A stretch of 64,000 nt of DNA from Squalus acanthias (lineage: Eukaryota): NCBI GenBank assembly GCA_030390025.1, contig JASTWF010000346.1:124001-188000 (forward strand), read 5' to 3'. Position numbers and translations under genes: made by a program. Below, in pieces: positions 24,477 through 38,409 of the stretch (its first letter is position 1; each line of letters starts with the position of its first letter). Under the pieces are notes generated by a model. It was not told the origin of the DNA, searched no databases, and worked only from the letters and a program-made list of their open reading frames with translations.

Positions 24477-26443
24477 AGATTACTCTTGGTATAAACTAAA
24501 TATGCCCACGCTATAGAAAACTATCCCCCTCGTGCTGTGGAGCCGTCAGAATTGTTTAGAATTTTTTTTTTATGTGTAAGCCATAAGAAGAACCAACTCC
24601 AAAAATTGTAGAAAATATCTCACACCAACTAGTCATGCTTCGCCTCATCAATAACAGTGTAAATGAAGCATTACTGGAGTATCCAGATTGCACTACACTG
24701 TGTAACTAGTTGTTGGGGATGACTGAAACAGGCATCTCAATGCACCCATTCATACACACAATGGCCAAAATTAACAAACATTGTTACTGTGATTGTGGTT
24801 AAGGAACATAATGTAAAAGTGCTGAGAGTTAATCTACTAATGGTATCAAAGCTGCAAAACAAATTTTGTGATCGTGTCGGAGTTCTTTATGTGAGTCCCA
24901 CCTTTATATATGTGAGAAATATTGAAGCATCTTCTGGAACAGTATGGGTGGTAACAGACCCTTTCAATCTTTATTAAAATCAGCTTTCAGAACTTTGCAT
25001 AAATTTCATATTCAGAAGAGATGTACAGATTTATGCAATTACCACTCACTATTTACTCCCTTCACATTTTAATAAATATTATAAAATCTCAAAGTTAAAT
25101 AACCAACTTATGTAAAATTGATTACTTGTAAGTTTCATAGTTTGGGATGACTGTTTCTCATTAAGATGAGAGACAGAAGTCCTGAATTACTCCGTTCTTT
25201 GTATGAAACATTCTGGTTAGGTTTATCACAGAGTGTACTGAGGAAAGCTCCTGAGGGAGACCCAGCTTCTGGAAGTGTGGGGGGTGGGGGAGCGCTGAGG
25301 GAGAAGGGAAGTCACAGAAAGGGCACCATGGCATCCAGCAGGACTGAGTAGGAGGTTTCAGAATGTTGGGAGTAGTCAGTGTCTGGTAGTATTGGGGATT
25401 GCTAGGATCTGGCAGTATTGGGGGAAGCAGCCTTATATGGAGAGGGCTCAGGAAAATGGTGCCCACATTGCCCCCATCCACCATGTTCCCAGGTATTGAT
25501 CTCTCCTTACCTGTCCCCAACCATGTTGCACCCTCAGATAGCCCCCCCCCCCCCGCCTCCCCAGTGATTTCCCCATTATCAGTGGTTCTTGTCTTTGCAT
25601 ATCTGCCTTAAAGCATTTAAGGGCAAATTTTCTGCTTCACGCCCAACAGGGAAACACACTTAAAGATAAGGCTACAATATTGTAGTGTTGGTTCTTCAAT
25701 TCATCTGCCCTTCGAGCATTTCTCCCACTGGGAGGGTGGGAGTGGTGCCTTTACCCTTTAGAGCAGCACTGGTTAGGCAGATTTCCTGAGGGTATTTATT
25801 GCATGATTCTCTGGCTGGTGGACACTGCATTGTCTCTGTCTGCCACCTCCTGCTAAGCCCAGGCATGTCTTCACACAGGAGGGTATCCTGACTTATCAAA
25901 GAGAGCAAAGTCGCCTTTGCTACAGATCCTACAATAGGATATCCAAAGAAACATTAGGAAATAGAGCAGACTTGCTCCTCGCTTCATCTATACTTTAAGA
26001 GCTGCAGTTGGACAACTATTACCTGCCAACCCCCGTCAGCGAGTTTCCAGTGCCCGGTCCAATCTGGGCTGCATAACTTCAGGCAATTTTAGGAATCCTT
26101 TAAGATTGGATCAGCTGAATTCCGACGAGCAAACCATTTGCTATTCCAAGGATGCGGGCTGCATTTTTCATAGCTCATGATTTTCTGCCTATTAAACTGA
26201 ATGGATTGAAAATCGTGGGCACTGAATTTGTGATAGGCATGCTTGTCAGCTCTTGAGCTTGGTCCCCGATGATAAAAAATCTGGGCCAGACTGAAAACTT
26301 GGCTTCCAATTTGCAATGTGTAATACCACAGGAGGTATCTATTATATTTAAAAATACCTGTAAAACTCTTTTCTGTGGAATTATTTACACATTCAATCAC
26401 TGAGAGAGACTTATTCAGTCTTATTTGTTATTTCTGTTTTCAG

Positions 26444-26470
26444 AGTGGAAGAGAATTTGTGACTGTGAAG
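26444..26470 (+). CDS. Butyrophilin-like gene, 27-nt micro-exon preceding B30.2
   Basis: tttctgttttcag|AG acceptor and GAAG|gtaaga donor; phase 1-1; EWKRICDCE, resembling the 27-nt EWK-type pre-B30.2 exon of mammalian BTNs. Confidence 0.82.
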
Positions 26471-27221
26471 GTAAGATCTTATTATTGTAACGCACAATAA
26501 AAAAGAAATAAACTCAAAAGCTGATGAACAGCTTCAAAAAAGCTAACAACTCTTTAAAAAAAAACATACAACTGAAAAATAGCCTTCAGTAAAGGCCTTT
26601 GACCAAGACCACTGCTTCAGTGCAAGCAAGCAAGTTCCATTCCTTTTTATTACATTGGTTTCAGGATTTTTAATTAGCGTTTTGGGAGCAGATTCCGCAG
26701 TTCAGTTTGTTTTTCTGTGAAACACAATTCCTTACCGCATGACATATAAAAAGAATTAGTTACAATGGGAGAGCAGCAGGACATGAAGTTGTTGTGACTG
26801 AGGCGGCTGCCATACCCAATATTCCATCAGTTGTAATTTCGAGGAAAAGCCTGAAGTACATAAAAGTGCTATTTTTGCTGTTGTGGATTTAGAAATTTTT
26901 GAAGAGGGAAGTGACATGATGGTGCAAGATTTATTTTCTAGTAGGGTCCAGGGGCATGTCCCCCAGGAAAAAAAGTTTTAACACCATTTTGAAGCATTTT
27001 ATGATTCTTCATGTTTCTCTTACCTTCTTTTCCATATAAATTTCTGATTTTGTTGTCCTGCTGTTGGAAGTAAGCCCAATCGTGCATCTTTATCACTTTC
27101 CATACCTGTTTCTTTGCATAGTACTGTTCTTTCGATCAATGAGCAATGCCTTGGGACTTGAACTAGTTAAATTAGAAAATTCAATACAATCCAAAATGGA
27201 TGTGTCTGTGATGAAACAAAT

Positions 27222-29391
27222 TGGCTAGGATGGATTGGGGAACATTACTTAAAGGGTTGACGGTGGATAGGCAAGGGCAAACATTTAAAGATCGCATGGA
27301 TGAACTACAGAATTTGTTCATCCCTGTTTGGCATAAAAATAAAACAAAAAAGGTGACTCAACCGTGGCTAACAAGGGAAGTTAGGGATAGCATAAGATCC
27401 AAGGAGAGGACATATAAATTGGCCAGAAAAAGCAGCAAACCTGAGGATTGGGAGCAGTTTAGGATTCAGCAAAGGAGGACAAAGGGATTAATTAAGAGGG
27501 GGAAAATAGAGTATGAGAGTAAGCTTTCAGGGAACATAAAAACTGACTATAAAAGCTTCTATAGATATGTGAAGAGAAAAAGATTGGTGAAGTCAAGCGT
27601 AGGTCCCTTGCAGTCAGAATCAGGGGAATTTATAATGGGGAACAAAGAAATGGCCAACCAATTAAATACATACTTTGGTTCTGTCTTCACAAAGGAGGAC
27701 ACGAATAACCTCCCAGAGATGTCGGGGAACATAGGGTCTAATGAGAGGGAAGAACTGAATGAAATCAGTATTTGTAGGGAAATGGTGTTAGGGAAATTGA
27801 CAGGATTGAAGGCCGATAAATCCCCAGGGCCTGATAATCTACATCCTAGGCTACTTAAGGAAGTGGCCCTAGAAATAGTAGATGCATTGCTGGTCATCTT
27901 CCAAAATTCTATAGACTCTGGAACAGTTCCCATGGATTGGAGGGTAGCTAATGTAACCCCACTATTTAAAAAAGGTGGGAGAGAGAAAACGGGGAATTAT
28001 AGACCGGTAAGCCTGACATCGGTAGTGGGGATAATACTAGAGTCCATTATAAAAGATGTAATAGCAGAGCACTTGGAAAATAGTGACAGCATTGGACAAA
28101 GTCAACATGGATTTACAAAAAGTAATCTACTGGAATTTTTTGAGGATGTGACTGGTGGAATAGATAAGGGAGAACCAGTGGATGTGGTGTATTTGGACTT
28201 TCAGAAGGCTTTCGATAAGGTCCCGCATAAGAGATTAGCGTGCAAAGTTAAAGCACATGGGATTGGGGGTAAGGTACTGACTTGGATAGAGTCAGTACTC
28301 TACTGGTTGGCAGACAGGAAGCAAAGAGTTGGAATAAATGGGTCTTTTTCCGAGTGGCAGGCAGTGACTAGTGGGGTACCGCAGGGATCGGTGCTAGGAC
28401 CCCAGTTATTCACAATATATATTAATGATCTAGACGAGGGAACTAGATGTAATATCTCTAAGTTTGCAGACGACACAAAGCTGGGTGAGCGTGTGTGTTG
28501 TGAGGAGGATGCAGAGAAACTCCAGTATGATTTGGACAAGTTGGGTGATTGGGTAGATGCATGGCAGATGCAGTATAATGTGGATAAATGCGAGGTTATC
28601 CACTTTGGTGGCAAAAACAGGAAGACAGATTATTATCTGAATGGCAATAGATTGGGAAAAGGGGAAGTGCAACGAGACCTGGGAGTCCTTGTGCACCAGT
28701 CATTGAAGGTAAGCATGCAGGTGCAGATGGCGGTTAAGAAGGCAAATGGTATGTTGGCCTTCATAGCGAGAGGATTCGAGTACAGGAGCAAGGATGTCTT
28801 GCTGCAGTTGTACAGGGCCTTGGTGAGACCACACCTTGAGTATTGTGTGCAGTTTTGGTTGCCTTATCTGAGGAAGGATGTTCTTGCCATGGAGGGAGTG
28901 CAGCGAAGATTCACCAGACTGATACCTGGGATGGCAGGAATGACGTATGAAGAGAGATTGGGACGATTGGGCTTGTATTCGCTAGAGTTTAGAAGAATGA
29001 GAGGGGATCTCATTGAAACTTATAAAATTCTAACAGGACTAGACAGACTAGATGCAGGAAGGATGTTCCCAATGGCGGGGGAGTCCAGATCCAGGGGTCA
29101 CAGTGTAAGGATAGGGGGTAAGCCATTTAGGACTGAGATGAGGAGGAATTTCTTCACCCAGAGAGTGGTGAACCTGTGGAATTCTCTACCACAGAAGGCA
29201 GTTGAGGCCAATTCATTAAATATATTCAAGAAGGAGTTAGATATATTTCTTAAGGCTAAAGGGATCAAGGGATATGGGGAGAAAGCAGGGACAGGGTACT
29301 GAGTTTGGATGATCAGCCATGATCTCATCAAATGGCGGAGCAGGCTCGAGGGGCTGAATGGCCTACTCCTGCTCCTATCTTCTATGTTTCT
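27222..29391 (+). mobile_element. Young CR1 LINE, 5'-truncated, 693-codon open RT frame
   Basis: Uninterrupted ORF2 C-part; tail ttctatgtttctatg; TSD ATGAAACAAAT (27211-27221 and 29392-29402). Confidence 0.95.
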
Positions 29392-30456
29392 ATGAAACAA
29401 ATAAATGTGCAAATAAAATGGTGTCAAGAGAAAATTGCCATTGAACAAACTATATTCTATAAGCATTAAATTAATCTGTGGTTTGACTAAGTTTGTAACA
29501 CACAATAAAAAAGAAAGAATAAACTCAAAAGCTGATGAACAGCTTTAAAAAAGCTGGAAGAGTTTACAGAGTAAAGTACTGAGGCTGAGAGCCATATTTA
29601 TTGAGCTTTCATCTTCATTACTGAATCTCTACAATTTCAATCGATTTCTTGTTGCTTTTTTGCAAACTCATTTTTAATAAATTACTTTCCTGTCACTTGT
29701 CTTTTGCTTCTGTTAAATCACTGTGTACACTATGTCTAAATACGCATTCACCAAGACATTTTATTTAAATTTCAGAGATACGGGCTGATAATTTAATCCA
29801 TTGTCATGGTGGTATAGAAGTAGTGCATTGATATAGTCTCAGCTCATTATAGAACCTATTTCATACAACAATAATATATTTATATTTATATTTATACATT
29901 TAAAAACAATATATTTGAAATTATTATAAGAAAACCAAAATAAGCATTTATTGCATGAGACACATTCTGGAATCCAAGAGTATTTTGATCAAATAAAACA
30001 ACGACGTCATCAAATCACCTTTCTCAAATATTTTTGAAGGTGGGGAACCCAACCCCCAATACCCACTTAAAACATAAGTAACTTTGTTGGTGAAATAGTA
30101 TATGCGACTCTCCAGTGGACCTCCTGACACTTTTGGCAATGTTTTTTCTGCATGAGAGGAGAGGTAGTGGGGAAAATGCTTGTCTGTGAAGGTATAAGTA
30201 CCTACTCTGGGCAGTCTGTTATGTCTCCCTTGTAACTGAGTAAATTGGAACATTCAGTAACAACTATCACAACACTACTGATCGCCTTGAAAATATGCAA
30301 TGTAGCAGATGCTGTGTAAGTTGCAGCACAGACTTTTGACTGCTCTTAAAGTGTTATACTAATTCTTTACCCTTTTATCAGTTTAGTGGAGGGAAATTGT
30401 AACACAGAATGGGCACTTAACATAGTAGCCGAGAGCTTTGTTTATATATATTTTTG

Positions 30457-31119
30457 GAATTAGGAAGGCTAATGGAATGTTGGCCTTTATTGCAAGGGGT
30501 ATGGAGTATAAAAGTAGGGACGTTTTGATGCAACTTTACAGGGCGCTGGTGAGACCGCACCTAGAGTACTGCGTACAGTTGTGGTCTCCATATTTAAGGA
30601 AGGATATACTTGTATTGGAGGCAGTACAGAGAAGGTTCACTAGGTTGATTCCTGGGATGAAGGGGTTGACGTATGACGAAAGGTTGAGCAGGTTGGGCCT
30701 ATACTCATTGGAGTTTAGAAGAATGAGAGGTGATCTTATTGAAACATATAAGATTCTGAGGGGGATTGACAGTGTGGATGCTGAGAGGATGTTTCCCCTA
30801 GTGGGGGTATCTAGAACTAGGGGGCATAGTTTCAGAATAAGGGGTCGCCCATTTAAGACGGAGATGAGAAGGAATTTCTTCTCTGAGGGTCGTGAATCTT
30901 TGGAATTCTCTACCCTGGAGAGCTGTGGAGGCGGAGTCACTGAATATATTCAAGGCGGAGATTGACAGACATTTGAACTACAAGGGAGTCAAGGGGTATG
31001 GGGAGAGAGCAGGAAGCTGGTGTTGAGGCCAAGATTGGATCAGCCATGATCTTATTGAATGGCTGAGCAGGCTCGAGGGGCCGATTGGCCTACTCCTGCT
31101 CCTGTTTCTTATGTTCTTA
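30457..31119 (+). mobile_element. CR1 LINE 3' fragment
   Basis: IRKANGMLAFIARGMEYKSRDV...RRNFF followed by the CR1 3' UTR. Confidence 0.9.
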
Positions 31120-32559
31120 GGGTGTAGGCAGCACTGACAGATTGAAGCCCTCCTCTCGGCTGAATCTACCCCAATGTATAGCCTTCCTTTCCTCTGTGCA
31201 GTAACTTAATTCCAGTGCAGTATCTTCTCGAAAGAAACTCTCCGCTTCACTCCTAAAGCTAACCTGCAGAGATGATATAACATGTCTGTGGGTGATCAGG
31301 GGAGGGTTTCACCATTTAACCACAACAATTAGCAGTAGCTTTTGCTTGCACTTCACCCCATGCAGTGTAGATTAAAAAACATATTTCAGATTAAAGTTAG
31401 GTGATCAATTTTCTCCTACAAATTGCAATCAAATTTCAGCTGCTGCTAGCAATGCAATGCATGTTGGGAATGCTCTTCTTTGTCTAGTTACTGGAGGTGA
31501 GCTGTTGTATCAATTGGCTGAAAGTGTTTGGTAATTGGATTAAAATAAATTCATAGCATCAGACACGTACCTGTCTTTGGGACAGATTAACTTGTTCCAT
31601 GAGATATTCTACTTATCTCCAGCGTATGTATGATGCAGGCATGTACAGAAGAGCTCTTACACTGGGCAGTGAAGAGAAAAATCTGTCCCTCTATTTTTTA
31701 TATTTCTTTATGGAATTTCAGTAGCTGCCTGGCTAGTAGCCACTTGAATTTGGTGGCTGAAAACAAACTGTTGGGACACTTTATTTGTCCCACTTGTTAA
31801 TATTACTTCACTGAGGGATCTGTCACCTCTGTTTCAGTTGTGTGTTTAATGAATGTTAGTTGACAGAAGCAGTTAATATTGATTAATTGGCTGTGAGAAG
31901 GAGCTGAAGTTAATCACTTATGACTGTCCCATAAGGGAGTCCTGCAAGCAAATCTCCCAGTTTGCTTTCTGAAAGGAGTGAATGGCTGGATCCAGATTTC
32001 CAGAGAAAACAGCCTGATGCTTTTGAAACCTTTTGTGAATGGCAGCTGGATTGAATTGTGAAATGTAATATTCTCAATCAGATTGAAAAGTAGAGAGCAG
32101 GTATAACTGTTGCCCCAATCGATTCTCCTTCACTGGATTTGTTTCACCAGGCTGTTTACAAGCTGGATCTAGCAGGGACACACAATTTCACTTGTCAGCT
32201 TCACATTACAGATGCTGGTCCAAGTTATGTGTCATTAGGGAGAACCTTGAGATACTTTTCTTCTTTTGGAAAAAGGACTGTAAATTTAACTAAAATGTTG
32301 TAATCCAGTGAAATCTGCTGTATGTTCTTCTGCTAACTTCACTCCTGAGAGGCAAGGTTTGTCAGAGTGTTATTAGTTCATCAGTCAGAGACATTAGAAA
32401 AGTACAGGGCTATCAATATCAGAATGGGTTTATTGTTTACCCCAGGTATGCCAGCTCCAACATTACTTCACACACAAGGTCATGTTTTGACACATAGGAA
32501 GCAGAGGCTTGCATGTGGAAGCAATCCTTTTCATGGGCATAAGAAAAATTGAGAAGGAC

Positions 32560-34725
32560 ATTGGTTTTTGTCATACTTATGTGATAGATTGGAGCAAAGC
32601 TGATTCTGAGGGGCTGAGAACTTGGGAAAATAAAATGAACAACAATATTGGCAAAGAATGCAGTGGGAAACATTTAAAACGGTGTTTAACAGAGTCCAGG
32701 AAAAATATACTCCGATTAAAAAACAAGAACAAGCTAAACACTAATGAGGCACCAAGGATGAATAAAGACATAAGGGAAAAATTAAGGGTAAGGAAAGAGG
32801 CATACATTAAGTGCATGGATAGCAGGGAAGCATGATAAGGGAGAATACGAAGAAGTTAGTCGAGAAGTCAAAAAAAGTTAGGAATGCAAAGAGGAACTAT
32901 GAAATTAAATTATCAAAGAACATAAAACAAAGTAGCAAAATATTTTACAGGCACATAAATAAAAAAAGGAAAGTCGGGATGGGAATAGGGCCACTAAGGG
33001 ATGGACAGGATAATACCACAGGCAGCGATAGAAAGATGGCAGAAATATTAAATAATTACTGTACTTTGCTTCAGTACTTACAAGGAGATAGAACAAGTAG
33101 ACATGACATCGGATGATGAGATTAGAAATGAGATAACTGCATTTAAAATAAAAAGAGATATATTAAATAAACTAATCAAACTCAAAGAAGATAAAACCCC
33201 TGGTCTGGACGGCTTACATCCGCGCATTTTAAAAGAATCTAGGGAAGAGATAGCAGAGGCATTACTACACATATTTAATAATCATTAGAAAAAGGTGTAG
33301 TGCCAGAGGACTGGCAGATAGCTAACGTAATAACTAAATTTAAGAAGGGAGATAGAACAGGGAGCTATAGACCAGTCAGCTTAACATCGGTGGTAGGAAA
33401 AATAATAGAATCCCTACTAAAGGCGAAAATAGAAGAACATCTAGAAACCAAAAATATAATAATGATAAGTCAACATGGATTTCAAAAGGGAAAGTCTTGC
33501 TTGACCAACCTCATTAAATTTTTTGAAGAGGTAACAGAGAGAGTAGACAAGGGTAATGAAGTAGATGTAATTTGTAGATTTTCAAAAGGCCTTCAATAAG
33601 GTACCACGTAATAGGCTAATGAATAAGGTCAGAGCGTGCGGAGTCAGGGGACAAGTAGCAGAATGGATAGCTAGCTGGTTTCAAGACAGAAAGCAGAGAG
33701 ATGGGGTAAAGGGTAGCTATTCAGAGTGGTAGAAGGTGGAAAGTGGTGTTCCACAAGTATTAGTGCTGGGGCCACTGTTCACAATTTATGTTAACAATTT
33801 AGACTTTGGAATCAAAAACACAATTTCTAAATTTGCGGATGACACCAAATTGGGGGGGCGGTGGGATAGTCAATACTGAGGAGGACTGCAACAAATTACA
33901 GGAAGACATTAATAAACTCGCAGAATGGGCATATAATTGGCAAATGGATTTCAACACAGATAAATGTGAGGTATTACATTTTGGTAAGAAAAGTAGGGGT
34001 AGAGGAGCAAAGGGATCTCTGAGTACAAATACACACATCACTGAAAGTAGCAACACAGGTTAACAAGGCCATAAAAAAGCAAACCAAGCACTAGGATTTA
34101 TTTCCAGAGGGATAGAATTGAAAAGTAGGGAAGTTATGCTAAACTTGTATCAAACCTTGGTTAGACCACACTTGGAGTACTGCGTACAGTTCTGGTCGCC
34201 ATATTATAAAAAGGATATAGAGGCACTGGAGAGGGTGCAGAGAAGATTTACAAGGATGATACCAGAAATGCGAGGGTATACCTATCAGGAAAGGATGAAC
34301 AGGCTGGGTCTCTTTTCTCTTGATAAGAGAAGGCTGAGGGGTGACCTAATAGAGGTCTTTAAAATTATGAAATGTTTTGATAGAGTAGATACAGAGAGTG
34401 TTTCCACTTGTGGGGAGGGGCAAAACTAGAGGCCAACAATATAAGATAGTCACCAAGAAATCAAATAGGGAATTCAGAAGGAACTTCTTTACCCAGAGAG
34501 TGGTGAGAATGTGGAACTCGCTACCACAGGGAGTGGTTGAAGCAAATAGTATAGATGCATTTAAGGGGCGGTTAGATAAGCATATGAGGGAGAAGAGAAT
34601 AGAGGGTTATGCTGATAGTTAGATGAGGAAAGATGGAAGGAGGCTCGAGTGGAGCATCAAGGCTGGCATGGACTGGTTGGGCCAAATGGCCTGTTTCTGT
34701 GCTGTATATCCTATGTAATCCTATG
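32560..34725 (+). mobile_element. Degenerate CR1 LINE
   Basis: Fragmented RT ORFs 32832-34622 (PGLDGLHP, QHGFQKGKSCLTN, LEYCVQFWSP); tail tatcctatgtaatcctatg. Confidence 0.88.
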
Positions 34726-34957
34726 CAAATAATCTGGAGAGAGTCTGAATTGTGGCAATTGAAATGCATGCTGAGATAGATGTGTGCTAGACACAATACT
34801 TTTAATGGTATACATGAGCTCCTGAGCAACAGCATACATTCTGTATGTGGGGGATTTGATGAGCAGCAAAATAAAGGTAGAATTTTACTATTAAAGGATC
34901 TATGGCTGAGAAATTGGATTAGGCCTGAAAACGGGCAGTGTCACAGGGCAGTGCTTT

Positions 34958-37363
34958 CGTTTTTATATTCGTTCCTGGGATGTGGGTATCGCTGGCAAGG
35001 CCAGCACTTATTGCCCATCCCTAATTGCCCTTGAGAAGGTGTTGGTGAGCCACCTTCTTGAACTACTGCAGTCCTTGATATGAAGGTGCTGTTTGGGAGG
35101 GAGTTCCAGGATTTTGACACAGCAATGATGAAGGAACAGCAATATATTTCCAAGTCAGGATGGTGTTTAACTTGGAGAGGAACTTGGAGATGGTGGTGTT
35201 CCCATGCGCCTGCTCTCCTTGTCCTTCTAGGTGGTAGAGGTTGCGGGTTTGGGAGGTGCTGCCGAAGAAGCCTTGGCGAGTTGCTGCAGTGCATCTTGCA
35301 GATGGTACACACTGTAGTCACAGTGTGCCAGGGGTGGAGGGAGTGAATGTTTAAGGTGGTGGATAGGGTGCCAATCAATGCGGGCTGCTTTGTACTGTAT
35401 GGTGTTGTTGGAGCTGCACTCATCCAGGCAAGTGGAGAGTATTCCATCACAATTCTGACTTGTGCCTTGTAGATGGTGGAAAGGCTTTGGGGAGTCAGGA
35501 GGTGAGACACTCGTCGCAGAATACCCAGACTCTGACCTGCTCTTTTAGCCACAGTATTTATGTGGCTGGTCCAGTTAAGTTTCCTTTCAATGCTGACTCC
35601 CAGGATGTTGATGGTGGGGTATTCGGCAATGGTAATGCCATTGAACGTTAAGGGGTGGTGGTTAGACTGTTGCTTGTTGGAGACAGTCATTGTGTGGCAC
35701 TTGTGTGGTGTGAATGTTACTTGCTACTTATCAGCCCAAGCCTGAATGTTGTCCAGGTCTTGCTGCATGAGGGCATGAACAGTTCATTATCTGAGGAGTT
35801 ACGAATGGAACTGAACACTCTGCAATCATCAGCGAACATCCCCACTTCTGACCTTATGATAGAGGGAAAGTCATTGATGAAGCAGCTGAAGATGGTTAGG
35901 CCTAGGACACTGCCCTGAGGAACTCCTGCAGCGATGTCCGGGGGCTGAGATGAAGGACCTCCAACAACCACAACCATCTTCCTTTGTGCTAGGTATGACT
36001 CCAGCCAGTGGAGAGTTTTCCCCCTAATTAACATTGACTTCAATTTTATTGGGGCTCCTTGATGCCACACTTGGTCAAACGCTGCCTTGATGTCAAGGGC
36101 TGTCACTCTCACCTCACCTCTGGAATTCAGCTATTTTGTCCATGTTTGGACCAAGGCTGTAATGAGGTCTAGAGTCGAGTGGTCCTGACGGAACCCAAAC
36201 TGAGCATCAGTGAGCAGGTTATTGGCGAGTAAGTACCGCTTGATAGTACTGTCAACGACACCTTCCATCACGTTGCTGATGGTTGAGAGTAGGCTGATGG
36301 GGCTGTAATTGGCCGGATTGGATTTGTCCTGCTTTATGTGGACAGGACATACCTGGGCAGTTTTCCACATTGTCGGATAGATGCCAGTGTTGTAGCTGTA
36401 CTTGAACAGCTCGGCTAGAGGCGTGGCTAATTCCATATCATAAGTTTTCAGCATGACAGCTGGGAGGTTGTTGGGGCCCATAGCTTTTGCTGTATCCAGC
36501 GCGCTCAGCCGTTTCTTGATATCACGTGGAGTGAATCGAATTGGCTGAAGACTGGCTTCTGTGATGGTGGGGACCTCAGGAGGAGGCCGAGATGGATCAT
36601 CCACTCGGCACTTCTCGCTGAAGATGGTTGCAAACGTTTCAGCCTTGTCTTTTGCACTTGCGTGCTGGGCTTTGCCATCATTGAGCATGGGGATATTCAT
36701 GGAGCCTCCTCCTCCTATTAGTTGTTTAATTGTCCACCACCATTCACGACTAGATGTGGCAGGACTGCAGAGCTTTTATCTGATCCATTGGTTGTGGGAT
36801 CGCTTATCTCTGTCTATAGCATGCTGCTTCTGCTGTTTAGCATGCATGTAGTCCTGTGTTGCAGATTGGCAGCTCATTTTAGGTACTCCTGGTGCTGTTC
36901 CTGGCATGCTCTTCTACACTCCTCATTGAACCAGGTTTGGTCCCCTAGCTTGCTGGTAATGGTAGCATGAGGGATATGCCAGGCCATGAGGTTACAGATT
37001 GTGGTGGTATGCAATACTGCTGCTGCTGATGGCCCACAGTGCCTCATGGATGCCCAGTTTTGAGCTGCTAGATCTGTTCTGAATCTAATTCAATTACCAC
37101 AGTGGCAGTGCTACACAACACGATGGAGGGTGTCCTCAGTGTGAAGTCGGAACTTCGGGTCCACAATGACTGTGCGGTGGTCACTGCTATCAATACTGTC
37201 ATGGCCAGATGCATCTGCGACAGGTAGTTTGGTGAGGATGAGGTCAAGTAGGTTTTTTCCTCATGTTGGTTCTCTCACCACCTGCCGCAGGCCCAGTTTG
37301 GTAGCAATATCCTTCAGGACTCGGCCAGCTCGGTCAGTAGTGGTGCCACCAAGCCACTCTTGG
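34958..37363 (-). mobile_element. LINE family B, 5'-truncated
   Basis: Minus-strand ORFs 36131-36700, 35717-36112 and 34941-35690 (AFDQVWH, GVPQGS, MFADD); tail at ~34960-35035. Confidence 0.9.
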
Positions 37364-38276
37364 CCTGCACTCGTTGAAAGTGGTCCAGGCAGCATGAGAG
37401 AAAACAATGTAGTCCCTTCTCCTGGAGTAGGGAGTCTCTGTGACCTCCCGGATGCTGCAATGGACGGCAAACTGGGAGATGTTAGCTATGTCTCCTGCTG
37501 CAGACTGGAAGGATCTGTTGGCGAAGAAATTGAGGGCCACTGGGAGAGCCATGGTCACCCTGCTTTGAGGCTGCATCTCTGGTTGCAGGAGGTGGCAGAG
37601 TTCTGTGATCACCTCCTTGGTGAAGCGGTAATACACTGCTCTCGGAAGACCCTAGGTGGGTAAGGCCTCTTGTTAAGTGCCCTCCTCTTCCTCCCTCTGC
37701 GAGCATCTTCTGGTCTTCCGCTCCCTCTGCCGAAGATGTTCGAGCGCGAGATGGACTGCAAGTAGAACTCCCATGAGTGTGAGCAAGTGTAGTGAGAAGA
37801 AGCCTTTAAATGAGAATGAAGGCATTCTCCACTTGCACCAACACTCCCTGCCACCTCAGGAACTTTAAACAAGTTTAGAAAGCTGTAAGATTTGCAGAAA
37901 GTTACACAGTCTTTCTCAGTTTGACTGGCTCTATCAGCTGCAACTTGTTGATGATGATTCCTTTAAATATCACTGCTGGAGGCTCCTTCCTGCTGCTGAA
38001 CGTGTGGTCAGATGGTCGTGATTTAGAGAGGGCGGTAAGTGGAGCGGCGACGGTGAAAATGGCAGATTGTGCAACGCTCACTTGATGCATGCTCATTGAT
38101 GCCAAGATCTGCCTCATTTCCATTTCTGCAGCGAGCGCAGGCACCGGCAGCGCTGCCGACCTGCCGTAAGTGGCGTCCGCCGCGGGACCTGCCGGAAGCG
38201 GCCGGAAGGAAGGCGGCTGCCATTTTTTCTTCAACGGGCCTTAATGGCCAGCGCTGAACCCGCGAATTTCTAGGCC
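37364..38276 (-). mobile_element. Harbinger DNA transposon 5' fragment with HARBI1-like transposase N-terminus
   Basis: RFTKEVITELCHLLQP...ALNFFANRSFQSAAGDIANISQFAVHCSIREVT resembles the Harbinger transposase N-terminus; TIR-like end gaatttctaggcc at ~38264-38276. Confidence 0.8.
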
Positions 38277-38409
38277 TTTGTTCCTTAAAGAATTGTGTTC
38301 TTAAATGTACCCTTAATCACTTGGACAGTGCGTTTTTACTTCTTGTAACAGTTGCTCCAATTCACATCTAACCTGGCTGGTCCCACCTACTGCAAGTTGT
38401 TGTTGTAGT

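Noticed and set aside
37334..37636. Host HARBI1 gene
   Set aside because: A short degenerate fragment lacking the catalytic core, bounded by a TIR-like end and a LINE; it is a transposon relic.
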